64,000 nucleotides of DNA from Methanobacteriota archaeon. Its GTDB lineage: Archaea; Halobacteriota; Bog-38; Methanoflorentales; Methanoflorentaceae. Below, in pieces: positions 33,270-42,764 of the stretch (positions are counted from its first letter, which is position 1; each line of letters opens with the position of its first letter). A model generated the notes under the pieces. That model did not search any database. It was given only the letters and a program-made list of their open reading frames with translations, and was not told where the DNA came from. A program made the position numbers and the translations under genes. Location of the stretch: NCBI GenBank assembly GCA_963719035.1, contig CAVRAO010000012.1, forward strand, positions 96,001 through 160,000. The letters are read 5' to 3'.

Positions 33270-35003
33270 GTGAACGGAGAAAAAGCGGTAGACGGACGCG
33301 TCAAGCGAGGTGTCACCTCGCGTATTCCTACCTGCCACGGCGACTTTCAGCTTTGTTTGTATACCGACGGCGAGGACGCAAAAGAGCATTTCGCCCTAAT
33401 AATGGGCAACGTGCGGGGAAAATCGAATATCTTAGTACGGGTTCAATCAGAATGCTTTACCGGTGAAGTGCTCGGCTCTAGTCGCTGCGACTGTAGAGAA
33501 CAACTCAACTTGGCAATGCGGAACATCGCGGATGAGGGCTGTGGGGTCTTGATCTACTTGCGCCAAGAGGGGCGCGGAATAGGTCTCCGTGATAAACTGC
33601 GTGCATACAACCTTCAAGATCAAGGTTATGACACGGTCGATGCGAACTTGCTTTTAGGGCATCAGGCTGACGAACGCGAGTATACCCTCGCGGCTCGTAT
33701 TCTCGCGGATTTACAGGTACGCTCTGTGCGGCTCCTCACGAACAACCCTCGCAAAGTGGCGTGTCTGCGCGAGCTGGGGGTGAGCGTGAAGCAACGGCTA
33801 CCACTGCATCCGACCGTGAACGAAAGCAACTTCAGTTATTTGCTTACCAAGGCCGTGCGCATGAATCACTCGCTGAACGTCGGTGCCACGTCGCATTATC
33901 GAGAGGATGGGGTGATCGCCGGTGTCCCGCGTGAGGTTACGTCTTTGGGGCCTAGCATCAGCAAGGGGGAGTTGCTTGAAAGAAAGCCCGTCAACCAGAC
34001 AACGTCGCTCTATTTCACCGCCCGACGGCAAGTGAGCGTCCGCGAAGAAAAGCTTCCTAAACTCAAAGCCACCCAGGTATTAGTCGCAACGTTGTTCTCG
34101 GCCATCAGTCCCGGCACTGAATGTCTCATTTATCGTGGCGAGTTTCCAGAAGGAATGGCCGTCGACGAGAGCATCGTGGACCTTTCAGGCGAGTTCGCCT
34201 ACCCGTTAAAATATGGCTATGCGGCAGTCGGACAAGTAGTCGCAACAGGCGCGGACGTGGAGACCGACTTGGAAGGTAGTCTCGTCGTGGCATTCCATCC
34301 CCACGAAAGCCATTTCATCGCCGACCCGTCGACGCTGCTTCCGGTGCCCGAGGACATAAACGCAGAAGACGCCGCATTCCTCCCAACGATGGAAACTGCC
34401 GTCAATTTTGTAATGGATGGCGCGCCGGTGATCGGCGAAGATGTGCTCGTTTTTGGCCAGGGAATCATCGGTTTGCTGACTACAAGCATTTTAGCGGGTT
34501 TTCCGCTCGCTAATCTGATTACTTTGGATGAACACGCATTGCGCCGCCAAACGTCATGCGAGGCCGGGGCGCAGGCATCCCTCTATCCTGACGACGCGGC
34601 CTTCGAAACGTTGCTGCGTGATCAGTTGCCAAACGGGGCAGATCTGACGTACGAGATCTCAGGATCCCCCGCTGCTTTAGAGCAGGCTCTTACGGTAACG
34701 GGCTTCAACGGTCGCATCGTTATCGGCTCATGGTACGGGAGCAAGCGTACCACTCTGAACCTAGGCGGAAGCTTCCATCGCAGCCGTATTCGCATGATCA
34801 GCAGCCAGGTCAGTAGCATGGCGCCAGAATTTGACGGTCGATGGACAAAGATGCGCCGTTTTGAGGTCGCGTGGGAAATGATCCGCCAGCTGAAGCCGTC
34901 TCGTCTCATCACGCACCGTTTTCCGATCGAACAGGCGGCAGAGGCCTATCAGTTGCTCGATAAGAACCCTGAAAAGGTAATCCAGGTTTTGTTGACCTAT
35001 TAA
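33270..35003 (+). CDS. ribA: GTP cyclohydrolase II fused to a Zn-dependent (MDR) dehydrogenase-like domain
   Basis: RVQSECFTGE..GS.RCDC, QEGRGIGL and LLTNNPRK, then SAISPGTE, HPHES and GQGIIG with no intervening stop. Confidence 0.85.
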   Translation: MNGEKAVDGRVKRGVTSRIPTCHGDFQLCLYTDGEDAKEHFALIMGNVRGKSNILVRVQSECFTGEVLGSSRCDCREQLNLAMRNIADEGCGVLIYLRQEGRGIGLRDKLRAYNLQDQGYDTVDANLLLGHQADEREYTLAARILADLQVRSVRLLTNNPRKVACLRELGVSVKQRLPLHPTVNESNFSYLLTKAVRMNHSLNVGATSHYREDGVIAGVPREVTSLGPSISKGELLERKPVNQTTSLYFTARRQVSVREEKLPKLKATQVLVATLFSAISPGTECLIYRGEFPEGMAVDESIVDLSGEFAYPLKYGYAAVGQVVATGADVETDLEGSLVVAFHPHESHFIADPSTLLPVPEDINAEDAAFLPTMETAVNFVMDGAPVIGEDVLVFGQGIIGLLTTSILAGFPLANLITLDEHALRRQTSCEAGAQASLYPDDAAFETLLRDQLPNGADLTYEISGSPAALEQALTVTGFNGRIVIGSWYGSKRTTLNLGGSFHRSRIRMISSQVSSMAPEFDGRWTKMRRFEVAWEMIRQLKPSRLITHRFPIEQAAEAYQLLDKNPEKVIQVLLTY

Positions 35004-35010
35004 GACGACT

Positions 35011-35400
35011 ATGTATGCCGTTGCTATCACACGAGATTTCGTCGCTCAGCATCATCTGATAGGGGGGGATTGGGGGGAAGAGAACCGCAATCATTACCAT
35101 CAGTATAAGGTAGAACTCCAGCTGGAAGGGGAAGAACTGGATTACCACGGGTATCTTGTGGATATTGTTGACCTGGAAGCTCAGTTAGAAGCGCAGGTGC
35201 ACTACTATGCGGGCAGAACGCTCAACGATTTGCCCGAATTTGCCGGACTGAATCCCAGCATCGAGCGTTTTGCATTTATTCTATGCAATAAGCTCTCAGC
35301 GAGAGTACATACCCCCGCTGTCCGCATCATCACCGTGAAGATTTGGGAAAATGACAATGCATGGGCGTCGCACAGCTGTGTAAAGCAAAGCAGTATGTGA
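35011..35400 (+). CDS. 6-pyruvoyl-tetrahydropterin synthase/QueD-family protein (PTPS-IV-like)
   Basis: F.AQHHL.GGDWG.E..HYH, LNDLPEF.GLNPSIE and WEN motifs. Confidence 0.85.
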   Translation: MYAVAITRDFVAQHHLIGGDWGEENRNHYHQYKVELQLEGEELDYHGYLVDIVDLEAQLEAQVHYYAGRTLNDLPEFAGLNPSIERFAFILCNKLSARVHTPAVRIITVKIWENDNAWASHSCVKQSSM

Positions 35401-35441
35401 CGCGTGCCCGTGCCCGAGGCTCTGAATCTCGATAAACGACT

Positions 35442-36542
35442 ATGCGGATTGGGCTCGTAATTTACGGAAGCTTAGACACGCTCTCTGGTGGCTACTTATA
35501 CGACCGCACGCTGGTTGCCGCGCTGCGCGCAAACGGAGATACCGTGGCGATCGTCTCCTTGCCCCGGCGAAATTATCTGCGAAACCTGGGTGACAACTTT
35601 TCACCCTACCTACGTCGTCGTTTGCTCGAGCTCCAAGTGGATATCATGCTTCAGGATGAGCTTAATCACCCGTCCCTGTTCCTGCTCAACCGATGTGTGC
35701 GCGAGCAAATCAACTGTCCCGTTGTTTCCATCGTCCACCTTCTCAAAAGCAGCCTTAATAACCCGGCTTGGCAAAGTTCCTTTTACCGCAGGGTGGAGCG
35801 GCGGTATCTTTCAGGCGTTGACGGACTTATCTACAACAGCGCTACGACGCGTCGAGAGGCAGAGCATTTACTCAGCGTCGCTCGCGCTCCGAAGCCGGCG
35901 AGTCTTGTTGCGTATCCTGGTAGCGATCGCTTAAATCCACAGATCAGCACCGAAGAGCTGATGAATCGAGCCCTTGATGATCCCTTGCGGCTGCTGTTCT
36001 TAGGGAATGTGATCCCGCGCAAGGGGCTACATCTCGTTCTAAAGGCGCTGGAAACGTTGCCTGATGACCAGTGGACGCTTACGGTGGTTGGTAATCCTCA
36101 GGCACGCCCTTTTTACGCTCGTGCAGTGAGCCGCCAAATCTCGCAGGCGGGATTGGCCGCGAACGTGCAGTTTGCAGGCATATTGTCCGATCAGGAACTG
36201 TCGAAGTACTTGCAAGCGAGCCATGTCCTTGTTATGCCATCCTCTTACGAGGGATATGGCATAGCCTACGCAGAAGCTATGGGTTTTGGTCTACCGGCGA
36301 TCGGCACGACAGCTGGCGCGGCAGGAGAGATCATCACGCACGGTCGTGATGGTTTCCTCATATCACCAGACGATACGGTTGCGCTCGCAAGCTATTTGAC
36401 TAAGTTGGCACAAGATCGGCCGCGCTTACTTGAAATGAGCCTGGCAGCCCACGATCGCTATAGGTCCCTCCCTACTTGGAAAGGGTCAATGGATGCCATT
36501 CGAACCTTCCTGATCGAACTCGTAGACGATGCTGCTTTCTAA
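35442..36542 (+). CDS. Glycosyltransferase family 4
   Basis: SGGYLYD, GNVIPRKG and EGYGIAYAEAM motifs. Confidence 0.9.
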   Translation: MRIGLVIYGSLDTLSGGYLYDRTLVAALRANGDTVAIVSLPRRNYLRNLGDNFSPYLRRRLLELQVDIMLQDELNHPSLFLLNRCVREQINCPVVSIVHLLKSSLNNPAWQSSFYRRVERRYLSGVDGLIYNSATTRREAEHLLSVARAPKPASLVAYPGSDRLNPQISTEELMNRALDDPLRLLFLGNVIPRKGLHLVLKALETLPDDQWTLTVVGNPQARPFYARAVSRQISQAGLAANVQFAGILSDQELSKYLQASHVLVMPSSYEGYGIAYAEAMGFGLPAIGTTAGAAGEIITHGRDGFLISPDDTVALASYLTKLAQDRPRLLEMSLAAHDRYRSLPTWKGSMDAIRTFLIELVDDAAF

Positions 36543-36678
36543 ATCACCGGTAGCTTCAGTCGTCTCCGTCTTTCACATGCGCTGGAAAATTCTTCATTCG
36601 CTGCATTGCTGACCAAAGCTCCTACGCCCGGAAAAATTATTTAAAGACTTGAATTGAACGTTTCTGCGGTGATTATAA

Positions 36679-36975
36679 ATGGAGGAGATAGAGCGAATCC
36701 CAGTCGTGCCGACTATAGCGCTTGGTCACGATAAGGACAACTATACAATCGAAGTTGAATTACCAGGGGTACACAAAAAGGATATAGAATTTGAAGCCTC
36801 TGAGAACAGTTTTTGTCTTAGCGCTCCGAGAGATGACATCGAATACTTTGGGTGCTGGATGCTTGCGCACGCCATAGACCCGAAAAAGGCAGCAGCTACG
36901 TTCTCGAATGGACTTTTGAGGGTAACAGCACCGTTAGTAGAAAGTTGTGAAGGAATAAGGGTACCAATAAAGTAA
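36679..36975 (+). CDS. Small heat-shock protein Hsp20
   Basis: ELPGV.KKDI and ATFSNGLL.V motifs. Confidence 0.85.
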   Translation: MEEIERIPVVPTIALGHDKDNYTIEVELPGVHKKDIEFEASENSFCLSAPRDDIEYFGCWMLAHAIDPKKAAATFSNGLLRVTAPLVESCEGIRVPIK

Positions 36976-37093
36976 TCTTGAAGCAACAAGCCCGCCAAAG
37001 GGCTTGTTCTCTATATTTTTTTGAGCCACGTTAAAAGCAATAGCGTCTGCGTTTTTCCAGTCACTACGTAACCTTCAAGCTCCAGAGCATCGC

Positions 37094-37318
37094 TTAGCGA
37101 CTAGACTCTTTCTTCTTGTATTTCTCTAGCTGCTTTAAGATGTGCTGGTATTTACGCTCTGTCTCTTTGTTCTCCGTCTTCAGTCTGTTATTATCCTTTT
37201 TCAAGCGTTGGACTTCTGCGCGCAATCGGTTAAACTCTTCTGATCGCTTCGCGTGCAGCGTTTCATTTTCTGCTTTTAAGCGCTCGTTTTCCACAACAAG
37301 CAAAGATTCCTTGAGCAT
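37094..37318 (-). CDS. Short coiled-coil protein or remnant
   Basis: Repeated ENERLK/ENETL heptads. Confidence 0.4.
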   Translation of the reverse strand: MLKESLLVVENERLKAENETLHAKRSEEFNRLRAEVQRLKKDNNRLKTENKETERKYQHILKQLEKYKKKESSR

Positions 37319-37457
37319 AGCTGATCATAAGGCATAATAGCATAAATATGGGCATCGCTACGAAAACGACATTAAGCTCGTCAAGAGCGACGCAAACCAA
37401 TGCAACCGTTAAAGCGCTCAGGATGAGCTCAGTTTGGGAAGCAGCTACAAACTGCGG

Positions 37458-38587
37458 TTAAACTATTCCCGGAAGAGAATCTCCTTGAGTTAGCACTTCA
37501 CAGCCGTTATCAGTGATGCATATGACGTCCTCTTTTCGGTAACCTCCGATGCCTGGTGCCGCCAATACCGCGTGCCCAACGGTCACCGTCATACCGGCCT
37601 TGAGGACGATCTCACCGTGTTGTGGGTAGTGACTCGGGTGGGGTACTCCTCAGCCTCAAGTCCAACGCCGTGGATGTAACCGGGAACGACGTACTTACCG
37701 AACTCGGTCTTTTTGATGGACTCAGCCATGAACTGCGTGACCTCCTTGACCTTCCAGCCCGGCTTTACCGCGTTTATGACCCCCTGTTGGGCCTCATTAT
37801 AGGCATCAGCAAGCTTGACGAACGCCGTGCTTACGGGCTTTGCTACCATGCCACCTGCCGCTTCGCCGCATACGAAGGTGCGGGCCATATCACAGGCATA
37901 GAGATCAGCGACGGGGTGAAGGTCAACGATGACCGGATCTCCCGCGTTCATAACCCTGTGAGAGACATAGCCGTGCAAGCCGAGCGAGCGCTCACCTGAG
38001 TTAACAAAGGTGAGAAAACCCAGACGCTCCGACCCCGCCTTTCGTAAGGCGTATTCAGCCTCTCGAGCAACGTCGTTCTCCGTTGCGCCGGCGACGAGCG
38101 CATCTGCCGCTGCCATCATCCCGAGCTCTGCGATGTGAGCGGTCTTTTTCATACGTGCAATTTCGTCAGCCGACTTCACCATACGAAGCTCGCTCATGAT
38201 CTCGTCGTTCTCGACCATGTTAATCTCGGGATTGAGCTTTCTGAACCGAAATACCTCAAATCCGGGAGCGGTGTGCGTATCGAAACCGACCGTCGCTTTA
38301 CGAAGGTCGCTCTCCTTCATAGCGTTAAAGAAGTGCTGCATGAGCTCGTTGACGCTGCTCCAGCCGCGGACGTCGTTCACCCACGTGTGCGCACGAACCT
38401 GCTCCACCTCGGGCTGGAACACGATGATCGTAGGATCAGCGTCTTTATAGAACAACATTCGAGCCTGCCGCCGATAATCTCCCGTGATGTAGTAGTAGTT
38501 CTCAGCCCCTGCAATGAGCATCGCATCGACGCCCTTTGCTCTCATAAGCTCTTGAATCTGCTTTTTTCGTTTGCCGTAGACAGCCAT
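37458..38587 (-). CDS. M24 Xaa-Pro peptidase-family protein with one frameshift near 37640
   Basis: LRMVKS..EI, DLH, CDMART and IHGVGL motifs; the corrected frame continues to GGYRKEDV and a stop at 37458. Confidence 0.85.
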
Positions 38588-38635
38588 TTTTCCTCCGAAC
38601 GTAGATGAAAACTCAGCAAGCAGGCGAAATAACCC

Positions 38636-39007
38636 TTACCGGCGAACCACGTACATGCTACTCTCGACCGACTTCTCAAACGTACGCACGTGCTCTGTGC
38701 GTGTAATAAGGTAGAGCCGTCCGTTTCGTTCTTCGATGTATTTCTGTTCTTTAAGCTCAGATATGCCAGCGTCAATCAGGGATTCTGGCGTAGCTGCGTC
38801 GTCCAAGCTACATGCAGCACACGCTTGATGTATCTCGGCGGAGGTGAACCCTTCGCGTTGTGCTGGTTCTTCTTCTCCCTCTTCGATGAGCATTGCGTAT
38901 AAGACGCTTTGAGCCCCTGGACTTAGGCTTCGCACTTTATCGATTAATTCCTGACTTTCTGGGGTCTCTTCGCCTGTGTAAGGGACTCCCTTTGTTTCGT
39001 TTTTCAT
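38636..39007 (-). CDS. Hypothetical winged-helix-like protein
   Basis: SD GAGGT; LS..AQ.VLY and ELKEQKYIEE..GRLY pattern. Confidence 0.55.
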   Translation of the reverse strand: MKNETKGVPYTGEETPESQELIDKVRSLSPGAQSVLYAMLIEEGEEEPAQREGFTSAEIHQACAACSLDDAATPESLIDAGISELKEQKYIEERNGRLYLITRTEHVRTFEKSVESSMYVVRR

Positions 39008-39039
39008 GAGTTATACCTCGTAATTTGTATTTGTGCACC

Positions 39040-39369
39040 CTATGCGCGAATCATTGTCAGAAGCATCTTGAAGCGGTTTTTGGCTTGAAGCGCGTGAGGG
39101 ATGTTTGCGGGCATGACGACCATGTTTCCCTCGTTGGCATGAACAGCGTTGCCTCCGATTGTAATCTCAGCATCGCCATCGATGATCTGTACAACCGCAT
39201 CGTACGGCGCGGCATGCTCGCTCAAGCCCTGCCCTGCATCGAACGCAAACAGCGTGATAGTGCCCGCTTTCGTGTCGATAAGGGTCTTGCTTACTATAGA
39301 ATCAGCCGCATATTCGACAAGTGTTTTTGTGTCAACTGCTTTACCTTTGTACATCTCAATTTCGCTCAC
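39040..39369 (-). CDS. Cupin domain protein
   Basis: LFAFDAGQGLSEH...MPANIPHAL. Confidence 0.9.
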   Translation of the reverse strand: MSEIEMYKGKAVDTKTLVEYAADSIVSKTLIDTKAGTITLFAFDAGQGLSEHAAPYDAVVQIIDGDAEITIGGNAVHANEGNMVVMPANIPHALQAKNRFKMLLTMIRA

Positions 39370-39432
39370 GTTTATACCTCCAATAGGCTAATCATCCAAA
39401 CCGTTCTTAGTTAAACTCTGTTTTAGAAAACT

Positions 39433-39550
39433 GTTGTTGCGTTCAGCAACCCCCTATGCGCATCGGTGTTCGTGTTCTTCGCCGCCACTTTGTTCTTGCT
39501 TCACACGAGCGTAAAGGTGGTGAGAATAAACAACGAAGTTTGATGTACGC
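39433..39550 (+). ncRNA. Candidate small structured RNA (short hairpin plus ~87-nt G-U-rich hairpin)
   Basis: Hairpins at 39433-39450 and 39460-39546; the long one has seven G-U pairs on the plus strand; TTAAA box at ~39411. Confidence 0.45.
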
Positions 39551-39712
39551 CACGATGAATTCCCGTCCTGCTCTGACGTCGTTTACTCTATAGTTCCTTG
39601 TTGAGAGTTATCGTAATGTGCCCCTGTCCTGAAATACGTTCGCGTGTCCCCACATTTCACACCTTTTCGCTTGGCTACCTAGTCGAACAAATGACTAATT
39701 GGGCGAAAAGCT

Positions 39713-40924
39713 ATGTTGAATTGGTTGCATGGTGTATTTGCAGCGAAGGACATGAATTTGAAAGACACGAAGCTCAATCGCATCGACCTTATCTTCTTAG
39801 CACTCGGTGTGATTATTTTTCTGCTTTTTGTTCTCGACCTATTAGGCGCCAGAATCTTGTTTTACGGCGACGCGAGCGCCGCAAGTTTCTTGTTGAGTGC
39901 ACTCCCCCAAAGTCTTGCCGCGCTCTTTGGCATAACGTTCTCCATCTTTATCATCGCAATTGAATTTTCAGCGTCTAAATATACGCCAAAAGTGTTGCAT
40001 TTTCTCCTTGCCTCAATTTTCAAAGATTTTCAGATTATGGGCATTATCGTGTTTTTCGTTGCGACAATGTTTGTCAGTTTTATAACCTTAGCCCACATAA
40101 GTGGGGTCAACATCTCTAACGAAAACAGGGTTTTGACGTCGCTTAGCGTGGCGTTAACTGCATGCTGCTTTTTGTTGCTTCTAAATTTATTTAGGCGTGT
40201 TCCGCGTTTCTTTAATCCAGAGGATATCGTTAATGATGTTAAAGCGAAAGCGCTCAGCGAATATCGACCAAAGGAAAATGCCGAACTTGTTGAGATCTTA
40301 GGAGACGTCATCAGAAAAGAATCGCTGCAGGGAAATATTGACGTGGCCAGCGACGCGCTCACTACGCTTGAAGAAATTTCTGTCTACAACTTTCAGAATC
40401 GCCGAGAAGGGTTCAATGATGTCGTGCTAGAGCAGCTGTATGAAATTTCACGGACCGCAATTAGAATCGACGATACCAATACGTCGAATGAGGTCGTTGA
40501 CGCGATGCGCGTTTTCTGTGGGACTACCATAGATGTCGATAGTCAATATCTCGGTGGCTTTAGATATTTGAGAGATATTGGAACGCTCGCGCTTGATCGC
40601 GCAAAAGGGGTCGTCCACTCCCAACTGTTGTTGTCCGTGTCTCACCTTTTTAGCGAGTTGATATTATCTGCAAAAGAAAAAGATCGAAACACACACGCTA
40701 TGTTTTCAATCATGCAATTCTTCATCTTAGGGAGTTTCTATAATTCCAATCACGAGTCTATCGCAAACCACATAATTGAGGATATCACATCGGTTTGCTC
40801 GCAAAAAGAAGTTGAAGTCGCTTACACCGGGTTGATAGAGAAAAAAGAGACATTAAGATCATATTTTGGAGGGGAAGACCCCCAACACGCCCTTAGTGAC
40901 TTTTACGACGTTTTGATGGCGTGA
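39713..40924 (+). CDS. DUF2254-like membrane protein
   Basis: ITFSI..IAIEFSASKYTPK motif, four TMs, helical C-terminal domain. Confidence 0.7.
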   Translation: MLNWLHGVFAAKDMNLKDTKLNRIDLIFLALGVIIFLLFVLDLLGARILFYGDASAASFLLSALPQSLAALFGITFSIFIIAIEFSASKYTPKVLHFLLASIFKDFQIMGIIVFFVATMFVSFITLAHISGVNISNENRVLTSLSVALTACCFLLLLNLFRRVPRFFNPEDIVNDVKAKALSEYRPKENAELVEILGDVIRKESLQGNIDVASDALTTLEEISVYNFQNRREGFNDVVLEQLYEISRTAIRIDDTNTSNEVVDAMRVFCGTTIDVDSQYLGGFRYLRDIGTLALDRAKGVVHSQLLLSVSHLFSELILSAKEKDRNTHAMFSIMQFFILGSFYNSNHESIANHIIEDITSVCSQKEVEVAYTGLIEKKETLRSYFGGEDPQHALSDFYDVLMA

Positions 40925-40940
40925 TTGCCCATTCAAGCAG

Positions 40941-41135
40941 TTATAATTTTACGTCGGGAATATGACGTTTATCCGCGCATTTAAGATCGTACAACTCTGC
41001 TTTGGCCTTACCGATTGGGCAATCAGAAGAGTGCTTGTCGGGCCCACAGTGAAGGCAAGCGTTCTCTAAAGCGTCAAGCGCGTCACTCACTTGGTCAAAG
41101 GAAACCTCTTTTCCGCTGTATTTCCATATAGTCAA
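40941..41135 (-). CDS. Small Cys/His metal-binding protein
   Basis: SD AGGTGA; CLHC....H...C motif. Confidence 0.6.
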   Translation of the reverse strand: MTIWKYSGKEVSFDQVSDALDALENACLHCGPDKHSSDCPIGKAKAELYDLKCADKRHIPDVKL

Positions 41136-41196
41136 ACGATCACCTTTTCCACATAGGTATGTTAATTATATGGTGTTTAGAATATAAAGAAGCAAG

Positions 41197-41679
41197 GTGA
41201 TTTCGATGGTTCAAACGGAAGTAAAAATGGTTGAAGAAATGCGAGCAGCGTGCATATTCCACAACGGTGCTGTTTCAGCGATTGGCGATGATATGGGGCG
41301 TCTTATAGGTGAGCTGATGGGATGGGTGATGAAGCGCGGGGTGAAAACGGAAGGGCCCCCATTCGCGGTCTATTACAGCAGCCCCGACGACATGGCGCGA
41401 GGTGAAATGCAGTTTGAAGTGGGTATCGCCTTTGTCGGAGAGGCTCAAGAGGAGGGCACTATCCGGATTAAAACATTCCCAGCGCAAAATGTGCTCTCAG
41501 CGATCCATAAAGGACCGTATAACCAAATAGCGCCTGTTTATGCAGCATTAATGGAATATGCTACGAATAACGGATACGAGGTAATCGGCCCACCTATGGA
41601 ACTGTGGCTAACGAATCCTATGGAAGTGGCAGAAAGCGAATTGCTAACAGAAGTGCGCTTCCCCGTGGCAAAGGGATAG
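41197..41679 (+). CDS. GyrI-like small-molecule binding protein
   Basis: GPPFAVYY, HKGPY and E.WL..P......LLTEV.FPV motifs. Confidence 0.88.
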   Translation: MISMVQTEVKMVEEMRAACIFHNGAVSAIGDDMGRLIGELMGWVMKRGVKTEGPPFAVYYSSPDDMARGEMQFEVGIAFVGEAQEEGTIRIKTFPAQNVLSAIHKGPYNQIAPVYAALMEYATNNGYEVIGPPMELWLTNPMEVAESELLTEVRFPVAKG

Positions 41680-41699
41680 GCGAACTTGTGTTTTTGTGC

Positions 41700-42211
41700 G
41701 TTTCTTATTCAGTCACTTCTTCACTATCGTACTAAAGTAGGTATGCGAGGATTTATCATATTTCCAAGGTCGTCGACGCTCTAGCATAAAAACTACAAGT
41801 GATTTCACTGTTTTCCTCCCGTGAAGAGACACTTGGACCAGTTTAATCTTATGGTAACTTGGCAAGGTATTGGTAGGAGCATATCTTGTACCTTCGCTGA
41901 ACTCGCTAGATAAGCGTTTCATTAGAAGGCTAAGATAGCGTTTAAAAAGGAATTAATCGCTATTAGCTTTTTAGATCCTGTGGACTCTACCGAGCAATGC
42001 AGTATGAACTATTATGGGTGTGCACATCCCCTAGGTCATACTAGTCTAAGGTTGCCTCCTACTTGGGTATGACTCATTGAGGAGCCTAGGTCGCCTCTGT
42101 CATGTTAAATCGAGATTAACCCTCATCTGGGCATTTCAAAAGAGTACGCAGCCTTCCACTAAAAGGTTTCCACCATTTCCTGTGCAACGGCTTCGTAGGT
42201 TAGGTTATAAC
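41700..42211 (-). ncRNA. Candidate large (~510 nt) highly structured non-coding RNA
   Basis: More than 12 nested or long-range helices, no credible ORF, TATA-like TTTTTAAG ~25-30 nt upstream on the minus strand (details in findings). Confidence 0.55.
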
Positions 42212-42764
42212 TAATGTTTTCAAGAGCTTTAATCTTAAAAATAGCAAATTATTAAGATCCTTTAATTATTCTAAGGTTATTTTTAGTCATATAATTAAAA
42301 TAGAGCCCATTATGACTTTTTTTAGCATCGCTCGCTGGGCGCATGTGAGACGGCAGTCGAAATGGAGCTAGAAAATATTTAAAAAGACGCCAGGGGGCCC
42401 GTTGGACGGTGCTTCCAATGGAACCTTAGCGGCTTTCGAATTCATATGTAGATATACGCTGGACTTCGCGCATTTATAAAAAGAAGGGCATCTTGGCTAT
42501 AGTAAACCTTTATTTCTAGTCCAGATTTCCAAACGGAAGTCAAAATGGAACCGAAATCGTTAAATATAACTCTTACAGTGTTTAATTCGTCGATGCTGGA
42601 GAGCGAGGGCCCGCTGTGTGGCCCTACCTCGAACCGTCTTTTAAATGCATGCGGCGGACCCCGCTCTGTATTGACTAAAGAAGTTATTATGGATGCCTCT
42701 TAAAGCGTGCGCAGCATTTTAAATTGCGTTTAACGTCTATAGCGCAATTGGCACGTTGAAGAGC

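Noticed and set aside
41713-41922. 69-aa ORF inside the structured region
   Set aside because: No SD or recognisable motif; the base-pairing pattern explains the sequence better
41700-42211. Identification as RNase P RNA, SRP RNA, a group I/II intron or a CRISPR array
   Set aside because: I could not find their hallmark conserved motifs, flanking exons or regularly spaced repeats
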